Virus record (IMG/VR): IMGVR_UViG_3300025270_000006 | Length of the DNA: 38,070 nt | Source of the DNA: a virus | Strand: one strand, 5' to 3' | In this document: one piece after another, positions 9,064 through 18,789 of the stretch | Layout: every line of letters begins with the position of its first letter | Position numbering within the stretch: position 1 is the first letter of the stretch | Translations under genes and position numbers: made by a program | Notes under the pieces: model-generated | The model's input: only the letters and a program-made list of their open reading frames with translations | The model's database searches: none | Told to the model about the DNA's origin: nothing

Positions 9064-9402
9064 TTACACCTGACTGTTAAAGTGAGGCCCCATTGTCCTC
9101 TTGCCTGTTCCTTTTGGTTCTGTTCCAGACTTACGTTCCGAGCACCATCGGCAAGTACATGAGTCAGATGGTGGCCATGCGAGTAGGCCTTGTCTTGCCT
9201 TGTCTCGCACGTAGGACGGCTGACCTGGTAACCCAGATACAGCCGTACCCACCTCGCTCACCACTTCACCCTGTGGGTTTCGCTGGGCCTTGTGTCGATA
9301 TAGCGTAATCTTAGGAGGTGCTTCATCAACATAGTCCGTACTATAGCCCTGGCTTTCTAACTCAGCACGAATAACTAGTCTGTCTTTTGTTGTCATCGCC
9401 AT
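9064..9402 (-). CDS. Hypothetical protein (112 aa)
   Basis: An AGAGGT SD lies 5 nt upstream of the ATG, immediately downstream of the capsid gene. It contains a C-x-C...C cluster (SCTCRWC). Confidence 0.55.
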   Translation of the reverse strand: MAMTTKDRLVIRAELESQGYSTDYVDEAPPKITLYRHKAQRNPQGEVVSEVGTAVSGLPGQPSYVRDKARQGLLAWPPSDSCTCRWCSERKSGTEPKGTGKRTMGPHFNSQV

Positions 9403-9415
9403 ATTATACCTCTAA

Positions 9416-10276
9416 TTATGCAGTTGCTGGTGTACCTGCATCGAGTGTCAACGCAACACCTTTGCTGTCATCGAGCTCGAATACACCGTAGTCAGCCGTG
9501 ATCACTACCTCGGTAGCTCTCATGGATATGTCCCTCTCCTGCTCTTTGTTCATGTCAATAGACTTGAGCACAGCTAGAGCAGACCTGTCGGCGCACACGC
9601 CAACAGCATCGTCACTACCGTCAATGGTTATGTTCCCATCTTCAAATATAGGAACTCCGTTTATAGGTCGTAGCCCACTGAAGAAGTTACCTAACAAATC
9701 AGCAGACCAACCTACTGGCACTGGGTATGTAGTAGAAGCTGTGACCGCTGTATTAGCAATGTCCCATACAGCAAATGGATGCTGAACGATATATACGTTA
9801 GGACCAAACTTATTACCCTTGGCATATGCCACGGTTGCGGATACATTAGCCAGGCTCATGCTACGCCCGGCTGCACCTATGTCAGTGCTAAAGCCGGAGT
9901 ACAGAGCTGTTACGTCTGTGTCCTTCTTCCTAGCCATACCATCACCAAGCTGACGTCCGATCATGCTAAACACATTCTCTGTACTCTGGCGCACCAGTTT
10001 GTCAGTCAGGATGATTTTTGCCCCTACCTCATTAGCTGTGAGGTCAACAGTGGTCATGCCAATGTCTTCCTCGTCTATGATGTCTTGCCCGTCTACTAAG
10101 TCGGACATGGACATCTGGCCTACCTTGGGAACAGTTACCTGTTTGGCTCCTTTCGGTAGAGTGAATTGCTCTATCAAGTTCATAGCTGGTGCGTTATGCT
10201 CCTCAGTATAACGAGCAGCGGCTATGATGATATTCTGAGCCTTTTCGAGATTGCCTGTCGTTGCTGTCTGTGCCAT
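9416..10276 (-). CDS. Major capsid protein, HK97-fold type (286 aa)
   Basis: It has a very strong SD (AAGGAGGG) and follows a coiled-coil scaffold gene. The sequence layout is typical of small HK97-like coat proteins (N-arm, then KVGQMSMSDLVDGQDI...VDLTANEVGAKIILTDKL...GRQLGDGMARKKDTD). Confidence 0.8.
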   Translation of the reverse strand: MAQTATTGNLEKAQNIIIAAARYTEEHNAPAMNLIEQFTLPKGAKQVTVPKVGQMSMSDLVDGQDIIDEEDIGMTTVDLTANEVGAKIILTDKLVRQSTENVFSMIGRQLGDGMARKKDTDVTALYSGFSTDIGAAGRSMSLANVSATVAYAKGNKFGPNVYIVQHPFAVWDIANTAVTASTTYPVPVGWSADLLGNFFSGLRPINGVPIFEDGNITIDGSDDAVGVCADRSALAVLKSIDMNKEQERDISMRATEVVITADYGVFELDDSKGVALTLDAGTPATA

Positions 10277-10295
10277 AATATATGACCCTCCTTAT

Positions 10296-11045
10296 TTAAC
10301 TTCCCATGCCCGCAGCTCGACGTGCTGCTGCTATATGGGCTTCGGTTTTGTATCCCCCAATATATTCCCTCAACAGTCGCTCCTGGTTGCTTGTTGCTTC
10401 CGCCGCGCCCTGACTATTGTCGAAAGTCTGCGGTGCAACCTGCCCCTGTTTTAGCCGAGATATCTCGGCTGCTTGTTGACGGAGCTGCGCGATCCGCTTT
10501 GCCTCGCGCTCCATGTCTTGTGGGTTCGTAAATCCAGTTAATGACTTATAGTCCTCTAGCATTTGTTTATTGGCTAGTCCGTACTTATCAAGCATATGAA
10601 GGGTGGCTGCCTGCCTGCCTTCTATGTTGCGTATTAAGTCAAGGTCTTTGCTCTGTTGATCACGTAGTTGCTTCTGGCCTGCTACATGTTGCCTGGCTAT
10701 TTGTCTGGCACTCTGTGGATCTGTGCCCTGTTCCTGTGCCCTGCGCTCAATAGCCTGGGCCTGGCGATATACTTGCTGTTCCCATTCTTTCTGGGCGTTG
10801 ACCTGCCGCATAGTATGCAGCTCCTCAAGTTCAGCGCGCATATCCGGTGCGGGCGACGTGGGCGGCGCAGATGGATCAGGCTGTTGCTGTATCGGAGGCT
10901 GTATAGCCTCTACGGGTACAGGGGGCGCACCCTCTGTACCAACCACCGGCTCATCGCTTGGCGGGCTATCATCTCCCGGCTCAACGGGTGGAGCCTCCGG
11001 TGTTTCCGGTTCTATAGGTTCTTCTGCGTCTACTGACATTACCAT
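10296..11045 (-). CDS. Scaffolding protein (249 aa from the ATG at 11045)
   Basis: The N-terminus is acidic and proline-rich, followed by long Q/R/E-rich predicted coiled coils. It lies directly upstream of the capsid gene. A GAGAGGAG SD sits 7 nt before the ATG at 11045; the ORF track starts at a TTG at 11051. Confidence 0.7.
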   Translation of the reverse strand: MVMSVDAEEPIEPETPEAPPVEPGDDSPPSDEPVVGTEGAPPVPVEAIQPPIQQQPDPSAPPTSPAPDMRAELEELHTMRQVNAQKEWEQQVYRQAQAIERRAQEQGTDPQSARQIARQHVAGQKQLRDQQSKDLDLIRNIEGRQAATLHMLDKYGLANKQMLEDYKSLTGFTNPQDMEREAKRIAQLRQQAAEISRLKQGQVAPQTFDNSQGAAEATSNQERLLREYIGGYKTEAHIAAARRAAGMGS

Positions 11046-11088
11046 TTCCAAACTCCTCTCTTATTTCTACATATTTCCTGAATGTTTG

Positions 11089-14000
11089 TCAAGGCTGATG
11101 ATATTTATATAGCGTCTCTTGTGTGACATCTTCAGATAGTATGTCTCCGAAAAATGACAGAATGGTGGACGTATCCATCGGGTTTCTTTCTATCTGTTGT
11201 AAAACCCCTTGCGTTGTTTGGCCTAACCTAGTTAAAGGGTCAGAGTCCCAACCTGTAGTTACCTGGAGCATAGCATCTACCTTCGGGTTTGCAGCCTGGA
11301 ACTCTATCTTCGCCTCGCGTGCGTTCTTAAGCAAGACTCTGAATAAGTCATTCTTGTGTTCTGTTTTCTTTCTGTCTTTCGAGCTTTGATGTTTCCATTG
11401 GTTATATAGCTCCATTGTTTCTTGGGCGCGTCTGGGATATTGCCTGTTTAGCCTCTCGACAAGATAATTCTTTTCTACTTCATAGTAACCAGACTGTGCA
11501 ATACGCTCAGATATTTCCAGCATAGCACTGGCAACGGGAGGGGCTTCTCGTTTGGCTGACTGTTGTACCCTTAATAGATAGGACGCAATGTCAGAATCCG
11601 CTAGAGTCTTAAACCTCTTCTTCATATCGACCGCCCACTCCTCGAGCTTGCGGTCTCGCTTATCCCAGTCCGGTTCACCCGTGGCTGGGATAATGATGTT
11701 ATCTTCTCCATATAGCTTGTCATAGTAAGACGCCTGGGCAAAGTCATATACATCAACATCAGCGTTAGATAATATACCCAAAGAAGATTCCCGTCCAAAA
11801 GTAAACAGCTCGTCTACACCCCTAAAAGCTCCCTGTGGCCCGGTAAGGGCACGTCTTTTATCTGAAGCCTCTTTACGTATCTCTCGTACATCTGCGTAAT
11901 ATGTTGTTATGTTTTGCATTCCATTAGCTATAAATGCGTCTTCAGCTACCTGTAAAAAATTCTGCTCCTCTACTAAAAGGCGGTCTCGTTCAGCTTTGTA
12001 TCTAGTGTACTCGCTAGCACTATTCCGAACCCTCTCGTCAATCTTAGCCTTTGCCTTCTCCCAATCCTCTGGAGATAGAATATCTGCAAAGCGACCTTCT
12101 TCTGTCATTCTTTTAATGTTCTTGCGATAATCGCCGGCAACCTCAGAGAAGCTTGGCGTCTGGTTGCCCGACAACAATCTCCTGATGCTGAGACTAACAT
12201 CAAAGCCACGCCCATCATTCCATCCACCCTTACCAATGTCCCTTAGATACTCTGCCAGTTCGCCTTCAGTCATACTGAAAGCTTCCTGTAAATCTACATT
12301 GGTCGGGCCTAGTTCCAGAACCGATGCATACACCTCATCCAATGTTTCATTAAGGGATTCATAGCTACTCTTTATGCCAAACAATTGGCCGAGTCCCTGG
12401 CCTGCTGCTGTCGCAATGTCTGCTCCACCACCCAATACATCGCCTTGTCTTATCTGTTGCACCCCTCCATATGTCCTCTGTATTAAGGATTCCTTACCCG
12501 GATCTGCACGGAACAGTTCGTCCCAGGCAAAGGGAATCAGGTGTTCCGCCAAAGTCCCTATTGTTTGTCCGCTCATTAGGCTATCAAAATTACTTACATG
12601 TACTATCTCGCCATCGACTAACTGCTTGCCGACAATAGGACGTGTAGTCTGGCCAATAGCATCCGTGCCCGTAGCAAGATCCATAGCTAGACTTGCAGCA
12701 GGTCCGCTAACTAATCCCCGGAAAGCCTTGAAGCTCTCGTCTATTCCGCCCCCCTCTCCTATGCCATTTGCCACAGCAAAGAATGGCGTTGATGCTATTC
12801 GGAACATTGTATCCCAGGGGCCGAATAAACTAATATCTAAATCCCCTACATGGATACGCATAAAGTTTGGGTTGAAGTGCCACTTACCGGTTGCCTCGTC
12901 TCGTAGCCAGGGACTGATATCTGTTTCTTCTCCCATCGCTTCATTGATAGCAAAGGTAAGGAATGTTGCCGTGCCCATCATTTTACTCATGTATTGTTTG
13001 GCAATGCGTTCCTGTAATGTAGCCCTATCTCCTTTAGCGGCTCCCTTAATAGCATGGCCTGCGAAACTCATTCTGGCGGCAAAGAAGCGTGGTGCAAATA
13101 AGAGGAACTGGCCTATACTGCCACCATACCCACGCTTACCCACACCGGTCATTACGTTTACTATAGAAGATATCTGTGCTGCATCCCCACTATCTATGAG
13201 TTGCTTGGTAGTCATCCCTGTATCCACCATTCGTAATTGCATTTCAGCATCAAAGAGCTGATATCGTAGTACGTTGCCGTAGTGCGTAAATGCTCTGTCA
13301 AAGTTTTTCAAACCAGGAAATTGAGCCATGCGCCTATTAAGGAACATATCCGGGGCATTGCCTAGTATGGCCAACCCAGAACTGGCAGCTTCTAGTGGTG
13401 TTGCCCTACCTGTTTGTTTAGCCAACACATCTTGTAGCTGGAAGAACTCTCCAACAACCTCGGGTCCTGCATGAACAAAAGCTTCCCAGGAATCACGAAT
13501 GGCAGTGATGCCATCACCCCGTCGGTCAGCTACAAGTAAATGCTGACCCCTGCCTGTACCTTTGCGCAACGGGTCTTCTACGACACGACGTAGTGCATCG
13601 TTCATAACCGTAGACCACCCTTGAATACCCATAGCACTCATGTCCCCAGTTGCACCATAGGTTCTCATCAGATTGTTAAGAGCCATATACGCTTTGGCAA
13701 AACCTGATGGATCTGTAGTACGCTTTATAAACTCTTGGCTCTCTATGATGGCGTCTCTAAATAATACCGGGAAATAATGTCCCTCAAGTCCAATGCCGGA
13801 TAACTGGCCCATACGGCCCGTGACCTCTTTTTTCATCTGTTCCATATCACGGGTAGCCTTCTTGAATAATTTTGTAAGTCTCTCTTTCTCGGCCTTGTTC
13901 CAGCCCTTGTTGGTCATCAGGCTATCTATTTCTTTTCTCCACTTAACAAGGCTTGCCTCGAGGCGATCCGTTTCCGCCCGTGCTATCACAGATATATCAA

Positions 14001-17000
14001 TGTCTCCCAAATCGCTAGTGACATTAGGGGTGATTTTACCGGCTGCTTCCATCTCGGCAATAATAACCTCAGCTCTCGATAGGAGACGTGCCTGCCTGCC
14101 ACGGCCCGTCCATTCTCTTCTGGCAACATTCTTTAATAGCCGTTTGATCTCGACCAAGTTAATGTTGTATTTTTTATAAACCTTTTCGCCAACAAGCTGT
14201 GCGACTGTGCCATATCTACCCTTCATGTTTTCATTGGCAATCCGATTAACATACTGGCCCAGCTTTCTGTTCTGCACTATGTTGCCTGCGTATTCCACAA
14301 ACTCACCGTTAGATACAGCAGGACTGGCATACACATGACGAAAGAACATGCCTAGAGCCTGCGAGGGCATCTCTCGTTCTTTCACGGATTTCACTCCCCA
14401 TCTCTTTGGTATATCACCCTGGTCTGATAATTCTAATTCACTCAACCCCCGTGACAACACACCATCATCTTGTACCGATTCTCCCATGACATTACTGGGC
14501 TGATATCCGGCACCTTCATTGTATAAAACGTGGCGAGCTTTGCCAGCTCCGCCAACTCCCTCTTGGATTAATTGCGCCTCATACCTTTTGGGTATCGCGG
14601 CAAGTTCAGACATAATGTCATACGCTGACACCTTGTCTCCTTCTTTGAATCCAAACAACGAACCCCCACGTTTATTAACTCTCCCTATTAGATCCTTGTC
14701 TAGCGTAACAACGGCAGACTTTAATGCAGCTACATATAAAGGTAGTCGCTCCACTACATCACGATATCCCGGCTGTAGAGTCAGGCTTATGTCTTCCCCC
14801 CTCATATTTTTTTTCACATCGCCAGGAGCAATATTCTTATACCTCTGGCCTGCGGGAGTACTGAGGTCAACTATAGAGTTACCCAATACAGTTTGATCTA
14901 TATTGTTGTCTATAAAATATTCATCTGTAAAAGCAAAGTTAATCTGATTGCCCTGTTTCTCTGATAACAATAAGTTCTCTAAGAGTTCCCCCTGGGCGGT
15001 AACAATATTATTGTCCGCATCAAAAGATTGTGCTATGCGCCTTTCAATCGGACCACCCATGTTGGACTTTAATAGTTTAGGAAACAATGCCTGTATTGTG
15101 GCAATCCCAATCCCCGTCTTTTCCCTAACAACGGTCGCATGTCCTTCAACCCGGTTAGCCGTACCGTCAGACCAACTTTTAATCTTGTCAGCAGCTTCCC
15201 TTCCAATCCCCCGTTCATATAATTCTTCTGCGGTCTCAGGTTTTGTCCTTCGTTGAAAAAGATCCGGTATTATTGTGGATTTGCGTCGCAACATGTTGTT
15301 GGCCGTAGCCATTAGATTATTTGTTGCATTAACCGCTGTTTTATCTGCTATGGCCGACTTTACATTTTGATATGTCTGTAGCATTTTGCTACCAAACCCG
15401 GTCCTTGGTGACACCATCTCAATATCCGGTACACCAAAGGTGTTGTCATTGGCAGACGCTTGCTGTGCGGCAAAATCGTTTGCTGCGTTTGGCCTGATGT
15501 CCGGGGTATCAACTAGGCGTTTGGCTTGATGAATATCCACGATAGGCTGTATAAAGTCCCTGGTCACCGCCCCATGTATGCCATTACCAAGTACTGTCTT
15601 GGCAAGTTGATTGCCTGTGTAATCCTTCCCATATTTACCTGGGGGCGGTATAACGAAATCATCAGGAAGGCCCATGTACCTTTTCCACATATCAGGGGTT
15701 GCCCTTATCACTTTCGTCGCTTCATCATCAATCCCTGTTGGCCCTGGCAGAATAATACGTGGCACTTGCCCCTTGGACGCTACAAGTGTTCCCCCTGCCT
15801 GTGGCCCAGCGTACTCCCTAGTATGAAGGTTTCTCCCGGAGTTTCTCGCGTTGGCCTCTTCAAAGACACCTGATCCCCCTGTGGTTAAAATAGGCCGGTT
15901 AGAATCTAGCTTTCCTTCTGCAATCATAGTACGTATTCGGTCTACCTCCCAATGGGTCTCACGGGTGATAGGCCTAAACGCCTGGGCGAGTGACATTGCA
16001 TTACCAGCATCCTCTTCTGCTTTAATTAAATCCTCCAGGTTGTCATACCAGTCTGTCGGACCTGTTTTCTCAGGAAGAGCTGGAAGCTCACCAACATCAT
16101 TGCGAACAGCCCTAAGAAGCATTCTAGGTCTGTGCTGCGACCCACCGTAGTCAGCAGCATTTACTAGTTGTACATCCCATTTATACCCAATAGAATCTGC
16201 ATCTATTGCATCTGTGATTTGCTTAAACAGCAACGTGTTTTGATACTGCGGAACATTTTCTATGGTAATAGTCTTGGGGCTGGTCATGCGTATGTTTCTT
16301 GCCACGGATGTTGCGATGGCATAATCATTCTCGTCAACTATCCGGTTGGGATTTATTAATGAAAATTTCTTACAAACTGGAGAGGCGTGGTAATGCTCGG
16401 CATTAGAAGCGATCAGTGACTGCAAGGAAGCATCATCAGCAATGCTCCTCGCGGTGAAGTTCGTTCCATGTGCGATATTGAACGCCTGGATAATCTCTGG
16501 ATCATATTCATCAACGTGTACATTAACGTAAGAACCTGGTTTTAGGCCTCCAGCAAGTGTGCCAGTACCAGCCATAGACTCCGCTAGGCGTACTACCGTG
16601 GTAACTGGTGCGGTAACTGTGCCTTCCACTTCTTGTCGAGGCAAAACCCAAGTCGGATTGTCGAGCTGTTCTTCAAACATTTCATCGTAGAAGACATAAT
16701 CAAAAGGTACGCCTTCAATATGTCCGCTGTTCACGGCATCATCAACTGCTTGCTTTGCAGTTGCGTTAACCTGATCCATGGGCAGGCCCTCTTCCTGTGC
16801 CTTCCTGCGGAACTTATTAACCATAGTTTCAAGTCCCCTAAATGTTAGCCTGGTACCGGCAATGCCACCTCGGACGCCAGTAAAGGCTGCTTTAAAAGGT
16901 GCTGTTATTATGCGCCCTGCAAGATCATCAATACGTTTAGGAATTAATAATGCTTGTCTGGTTGCTTCTGTGGTAGCCCTTACCGTATTACGTGCAGCTT

Positions 17001-17685
17001 GTTGAGCCAGGGTATCAGCTCCCATCTGAGCTGCTTTCCTAGCACCTAGCCTTGCAACAGTCTTTGCGGCAAATGCCGTGCCCCCGGTTAATACCGTCTC
17101 TCCAATACCGGCTGCCACTTCCGTTGGCAGTTCAACAAGCATCCTGTTAGAAAACTCTACCGGCCCAACCTTATGGCGTTCTGTTAGCCAGGGCATTGCT
17201 ACATCCTGGACTTGCGCCATGATATCGTATTCTTCTGTCATCGTGGGATTACGGCCTTCACGATCACGAAAGGCCTGTTTGTCTGCCTCGACTTGTGCCC
17301 CAAGCTCTACATTACGAGAAGGATCTAGCCTCTCCCCCCAGCTCTCTGGCATTCCACCAGGCTTTAATCCAAACCCAGACGAAACATCCGCCCCGATATC
17401 TAAAATATCGCTTCCATACTCTCTTGCTCCATGCCATAACATACCGCCTATTCCGCCCTGCTCGTAGGCCTCTTTCAATTCTCCGATTCTCTGAATCTCC
17501 TCAACCGCAGCACGGCGAGGATATTCCATAGCAGCCTGTGCCGGCTTGCTCTGGAGAATAGGCGCAAGATATTTGCCCGCCAAATTCATTCCCGTCTGGG
17601 GAATAGGCCGGGCTTGTCGTTCTTCCCTCTGCCGCCGTTGTTCTGCCATCTGGCGTAGTTTTTCTCTTTGTTCTTCGCTAGGCAT
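11089..17685 (-). CDS. Giant virion-module protein (2198 aa), polyvalent/internal-virion-type, with an embedded C5 DNA methyltransferase domain
   Basis: This is a single uninterrupted ORF between the portal-proximal genes and the scaffold gene. Its ATG overlaps the upstream stop as TAATG. Residues about 365-715 carry the full C5-MTase motif set (see the domain feature). I recognised no motif in the remainder. Confidence 0.85.
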   Translation of the reverse strand: MPSEEQREKLRQMAEQRRQREERQARPIPQTGMNLAGKYLAPILQSKPAQAAMEYPRRAAVEEIQRIGELKEAYEQGGIGGMLWHGAREYGSDILDIGADVSSGFGLKPGGMPESWGERLDPSRNVELGAQVEADKQAFRDREGRNPTMTEEYDIMAQVQDVAMPWLTERHKVGPVEFSNRMLVELPTEVAAGIGETVLTGGTAFAAKTVARLGARKAAQMGADTLAQQAARNTVRATTEATRQALLIPKRIDDLAGRIITAPFKAAFTGVRGGIAGTRLTFRGLETMVNKFRRKAQEEGLPMDQVNATAKQAVDDAVNSGHIEGVPFDYVFYDEMFEEQLDNPTWVLPRQEVEGTVTAPVTTVVRLAESMAGTGTLAGGLKPGSYVNVHVDEYDPEIIQAFNIAHGTNFTARSIADDASLQSLIASNAEHYHASPVCKKFSLINPNRIVDENDYAIATSVARNIRMTSPKTITIENVPQYQNTLLFKQITDAIDADSIGYKWDVQLVNAADYGGSQHRPRMLLRAVRNDVGELPALPEKTGPTDWYDNLEDLIKAEEDAGNAMSLAQAFRPITRETHWEVDRIRTMIAEGKLDSNRPILTTGGSGVFEEANARNSGRNLHTREYAGPQAGGTLVASKGQVPRIILPGPTGIDDEATKVIRATPDMWKRYMGLPDDFVIPPPGKYGKDYTGNQLAKTVLGNGIHGAVTRDFIQPIVDIHQAKRLVDTPDIRPNAANDFAAQQASANDNTFGVPDIEMVSPRTGFGSKMLQTYQNVKSAIADKTAVNATNNLMATANNMLRRKSTIIPDLFQRRTKPETAEELYERGIGREAADKIKSWSDGTANRVEGHATVVREKTGIGIATIQALFPKLLKSNMGGPIERRIAQSFDADNNIVTAQGELLENLLLSEKQGNQINFAFTDEYFIDNNIDQTVLGNSIVDLSTPAGQRYKNIAPGDVKKNMRGEDISLTLQPGYRDVVERLPLYVAALKSAVVTLDKDLIGRVNKRGGSLFGFKEGDKVSAYDIMSELAAIPKRYEAQLIQEGVGGAGKARHVLYNEGAGYQPSNVMGESVQDDGVLSRGLSELELSDQGDIPKRWGVKSVKEREMPSQALGMFFRHVYASPAVSNGEFVEYAGNIVQNRKLGQYVNRIANENMKGRYGTVAQLVGEKVYKKYNINLVEIKRLLKNVARREWTGRGRQARLLSRAEVIIAEMEAAGKITPNVTSDLGDIDISVIARAETDRLEASLVKWRKEIDSLMTNKGWNKAEKERLTKLFKKATRDMEQMKKEVTGRMGQLSGIGLEGHYFPVLFRDAIIESQEFIKRTTDPSGFAKAYMALNNLMRTYGATGDMSAMGIQGWSTVMNDALRRVVEDPLRKGTGRGQHLLVADRRGDGITAIRDSWEAFVHAGPEVVGEFFQLQDVLAKQTGRATPLEAASSGLAILGNAPDMFLNRRMAQFPGLKNFDRAFTHYGNVLRYQLFDAEMQLRMVDTGMTTKQLIDSGDAAQISSIVNVMTGVGKRGYGGSIGQFLLFAPRFFAARMSFAGHAIKGAAKGDRATLQERIAKQYMSKMMGTATFLTFAINEAMGEETDISPWLRDEATGKWHFNPNFMRIHVGDLDISLFGPWDTMFRIASTPFFAVANGIGEGGGIDESFKAFRGLVSGPAASLAMDLATGTDAIGQTTRPIVGKQLVDGEIVHVSNFDSLMSGQTIGTLAEHLIPFAWDELFRADPGKESLIQRTYGGVQQIRQGDVLGGGADIATAAGQGLGQLFGIKSSYESLNETLDEVYASVLELGPTNVDLQEAFSMTEGELAEYLRDIGKGGWNDGRGFDVSLSIRRLLSGNQTPSFSEVAGDYRKNIKRMTEEGRFADILSPEDWEKAKAKIDERVRNSASEYTRYKAERDRLLVEEQNFLQVAEDAFIANGMQNITTYYADVREIRKEASDKRRALTGPQGAFRGVDELFTFGRESSLGILSNADVDVYDFAQASYYDKLYGEDNIIIPATGEPDWDKRDRKLEEWAVDMKKRFKTLADSDIASYLLRVQQSAKREAPPVASAMLEISERIAQSGYYEVEKNYLVERLNRQYPRRAQETMELYNQWKHQSSKDRKKTEHKNDLFRVLLKNAREAKIEFQAANPKVDAMLQVTTGWDSDPLTRLGQTTQGVLQQIERNPMDTSTILSFFGDILSEDVTQETLYKYHQP
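15541..16593 (-). other. C5 cytosine-DNA-methyltransferase domain inside the giant protein (about aa 365-715)
   Basis: The motifs are in canonical order and in one frame: I (MAGTGTLAGG), II (VDEYDPEIIQAFNIAHG), IV (SPVCKKFS; cca gtt tgt aag aaa ttt checked at 16361-16380), VI (TIENVPQY), VIII (GGSQHRPRMLL), IX (IRATPDMWKRYMGLPDDF) and X (VLGNGIHGAV). Confidence 0.8.
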
Positions 17686-18050
17686 TAATAAAAGATGAAC
17701 CTCGTTCTTGGATTAGTAAACTGCTGTGTGACTCCCCTCTCGAATTGCGGTAGCTGACCATATCTCTTAGTCCACGGATCTGTTTCCAGATAGTCCATGA
17801 ATGTAGCAGGGGGTTGACCCTGGCGGAATGATCTGCCAATTTCACCAAGATAATCACCATAAACATCCTGATATGCCCTTTGCATATAGCGACTGCGACG
17901 TGGGCTTTGGCTTCCAAAGGCTTCTCCGGCAGGCGAACTAAAGTATGCCGCCTGTGGAAGCTGGGCTAAAACCATTTGCCCAACCGCCGGCGATAATGAT
18001 CCCCAGCCACCACCCGCTAGGTAGTCTGTAAATGCATCACCATTAGCCAT
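17685..18050 (-). CDS. Hypothetical internal-virion-module protein (121 aa)
   Basis: An AGGAG SD lies upstream and the gene is translationally coupled to the giant gene. No motif was recognised. Confidence 0.6.
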   Translation of the reverse strand: MANGDAFTDYLAGGGWGSLSPAVGQMVLAQLPQAAYFSSPAGEAFGSQSPRRSRYMQRAYQDVYGDYLGEIGRSFRQGQPPATFMDYLETDPWTKRYGQLPQFERGVTQQFTNPRTRFIFY

Positions 18051-18059
18051 GATTAACTC

Positions 18060-18779
18060 CTATCCATAAAGTTGAGACAGTGCAGTGCTTGCATCAGTTC
18101 CGCCACCTGTCTGTGTCAGGAAGTAATTCAAGAAATTACCCATTGGGTTCTGGCCCACATATGCATCATATAATTCATTCAAGACACCCCCCATAGCCTG
18201 TCCAACAACACCCCCATAAAGGCCACCGCCCGGTCGTTGTAATGCCAAGAGATTCGCTAGGCCAAGCCTGTTTTCCCTTGCGCCCTGCCCGCTTGCATAT
18301 AGTTCCCTAAACAGGGTAGCTTCTTCCGGGCTAATGGTTCTTGGTACCGCGGGCCCTGGAGATACACCAGCACCAGGCACGGGCTCACCAATGCCTGTTA
18401 GATACTCTAGAAAGCCACCAGGCCCTGTGCCCTCCGGCATTTGACTGATGCGACCAATCTCCCCCGCTAAAGAGCGTAAGTCTGTTGGAGTCGCGCCAGT
18501 ATATCCACCCATAAAATCAGCAAAGCTACCACCAAACCCGGTCTGTGTACCGAATCTTGGTGTGCCTCCACCAAAGCCACCCAGATAATATTGCTGTAGT
18601 AGAGGTGACTGCAAGCCATACAGTGCGTTACGCATCACAGACCCTGGCGCAGTCCTGCGTGTAGCAAATTGTCTAAACCGTTCTGCCGGAGTAAACGCTG
18701 TTTCCCCTAGCCAGTCTGTATCTATCCCCCCTATACCTGCAAATAAATCTTCCATCGATGCATCGTTGCCATTGGGCAT
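18060..18779 (-). CDS. Glycine-rich hypothetical virion-module protein (239 aa)
   Basis: An AGGAGG SD lies upstream. The sequence has G-rich low-complexity stretches (GGFGGGTPRFGTQTGFGGSF). Confidence 0.6.
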   Translation of the reverse strand: MPNGNDASMEDLFAGIGGIDTDWLGETAFTPAERFRQFATRRTAPGSVMRNALYGLQSPLLQQYYLGGFGGGTPRFGTQTGFGGSFADFMGGYTGATPTDLRSLAGEIGRISQMPEGTGPGGFLEYLTGIGEPVPGAGVSPGPAVPRTISPEEATLFRELYASGQGARENRLGLANLLALQRPGGGLYGGVVGQAMGGVLNELYDAYVGQNPMGNFLNYFLTQTGGGTDASTALSQLYG

Positions 18780-18789
18780 GTTGAACCTC

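Noticed and set aside
17678-17917. Same-strand alternative-frame ORFs nested in larger genes: 17678..17917, 6103..6300, 6397..6615, 20529..20723, 21060..21266, 21501..21722 and 23349..23534
   Set aside because: They are short (60-80 codons), have no SD and show no recognisable motifs. That length is within what chance produces in alternative frames, unlike the 369-codon ORF B in the methyltransferase gene.
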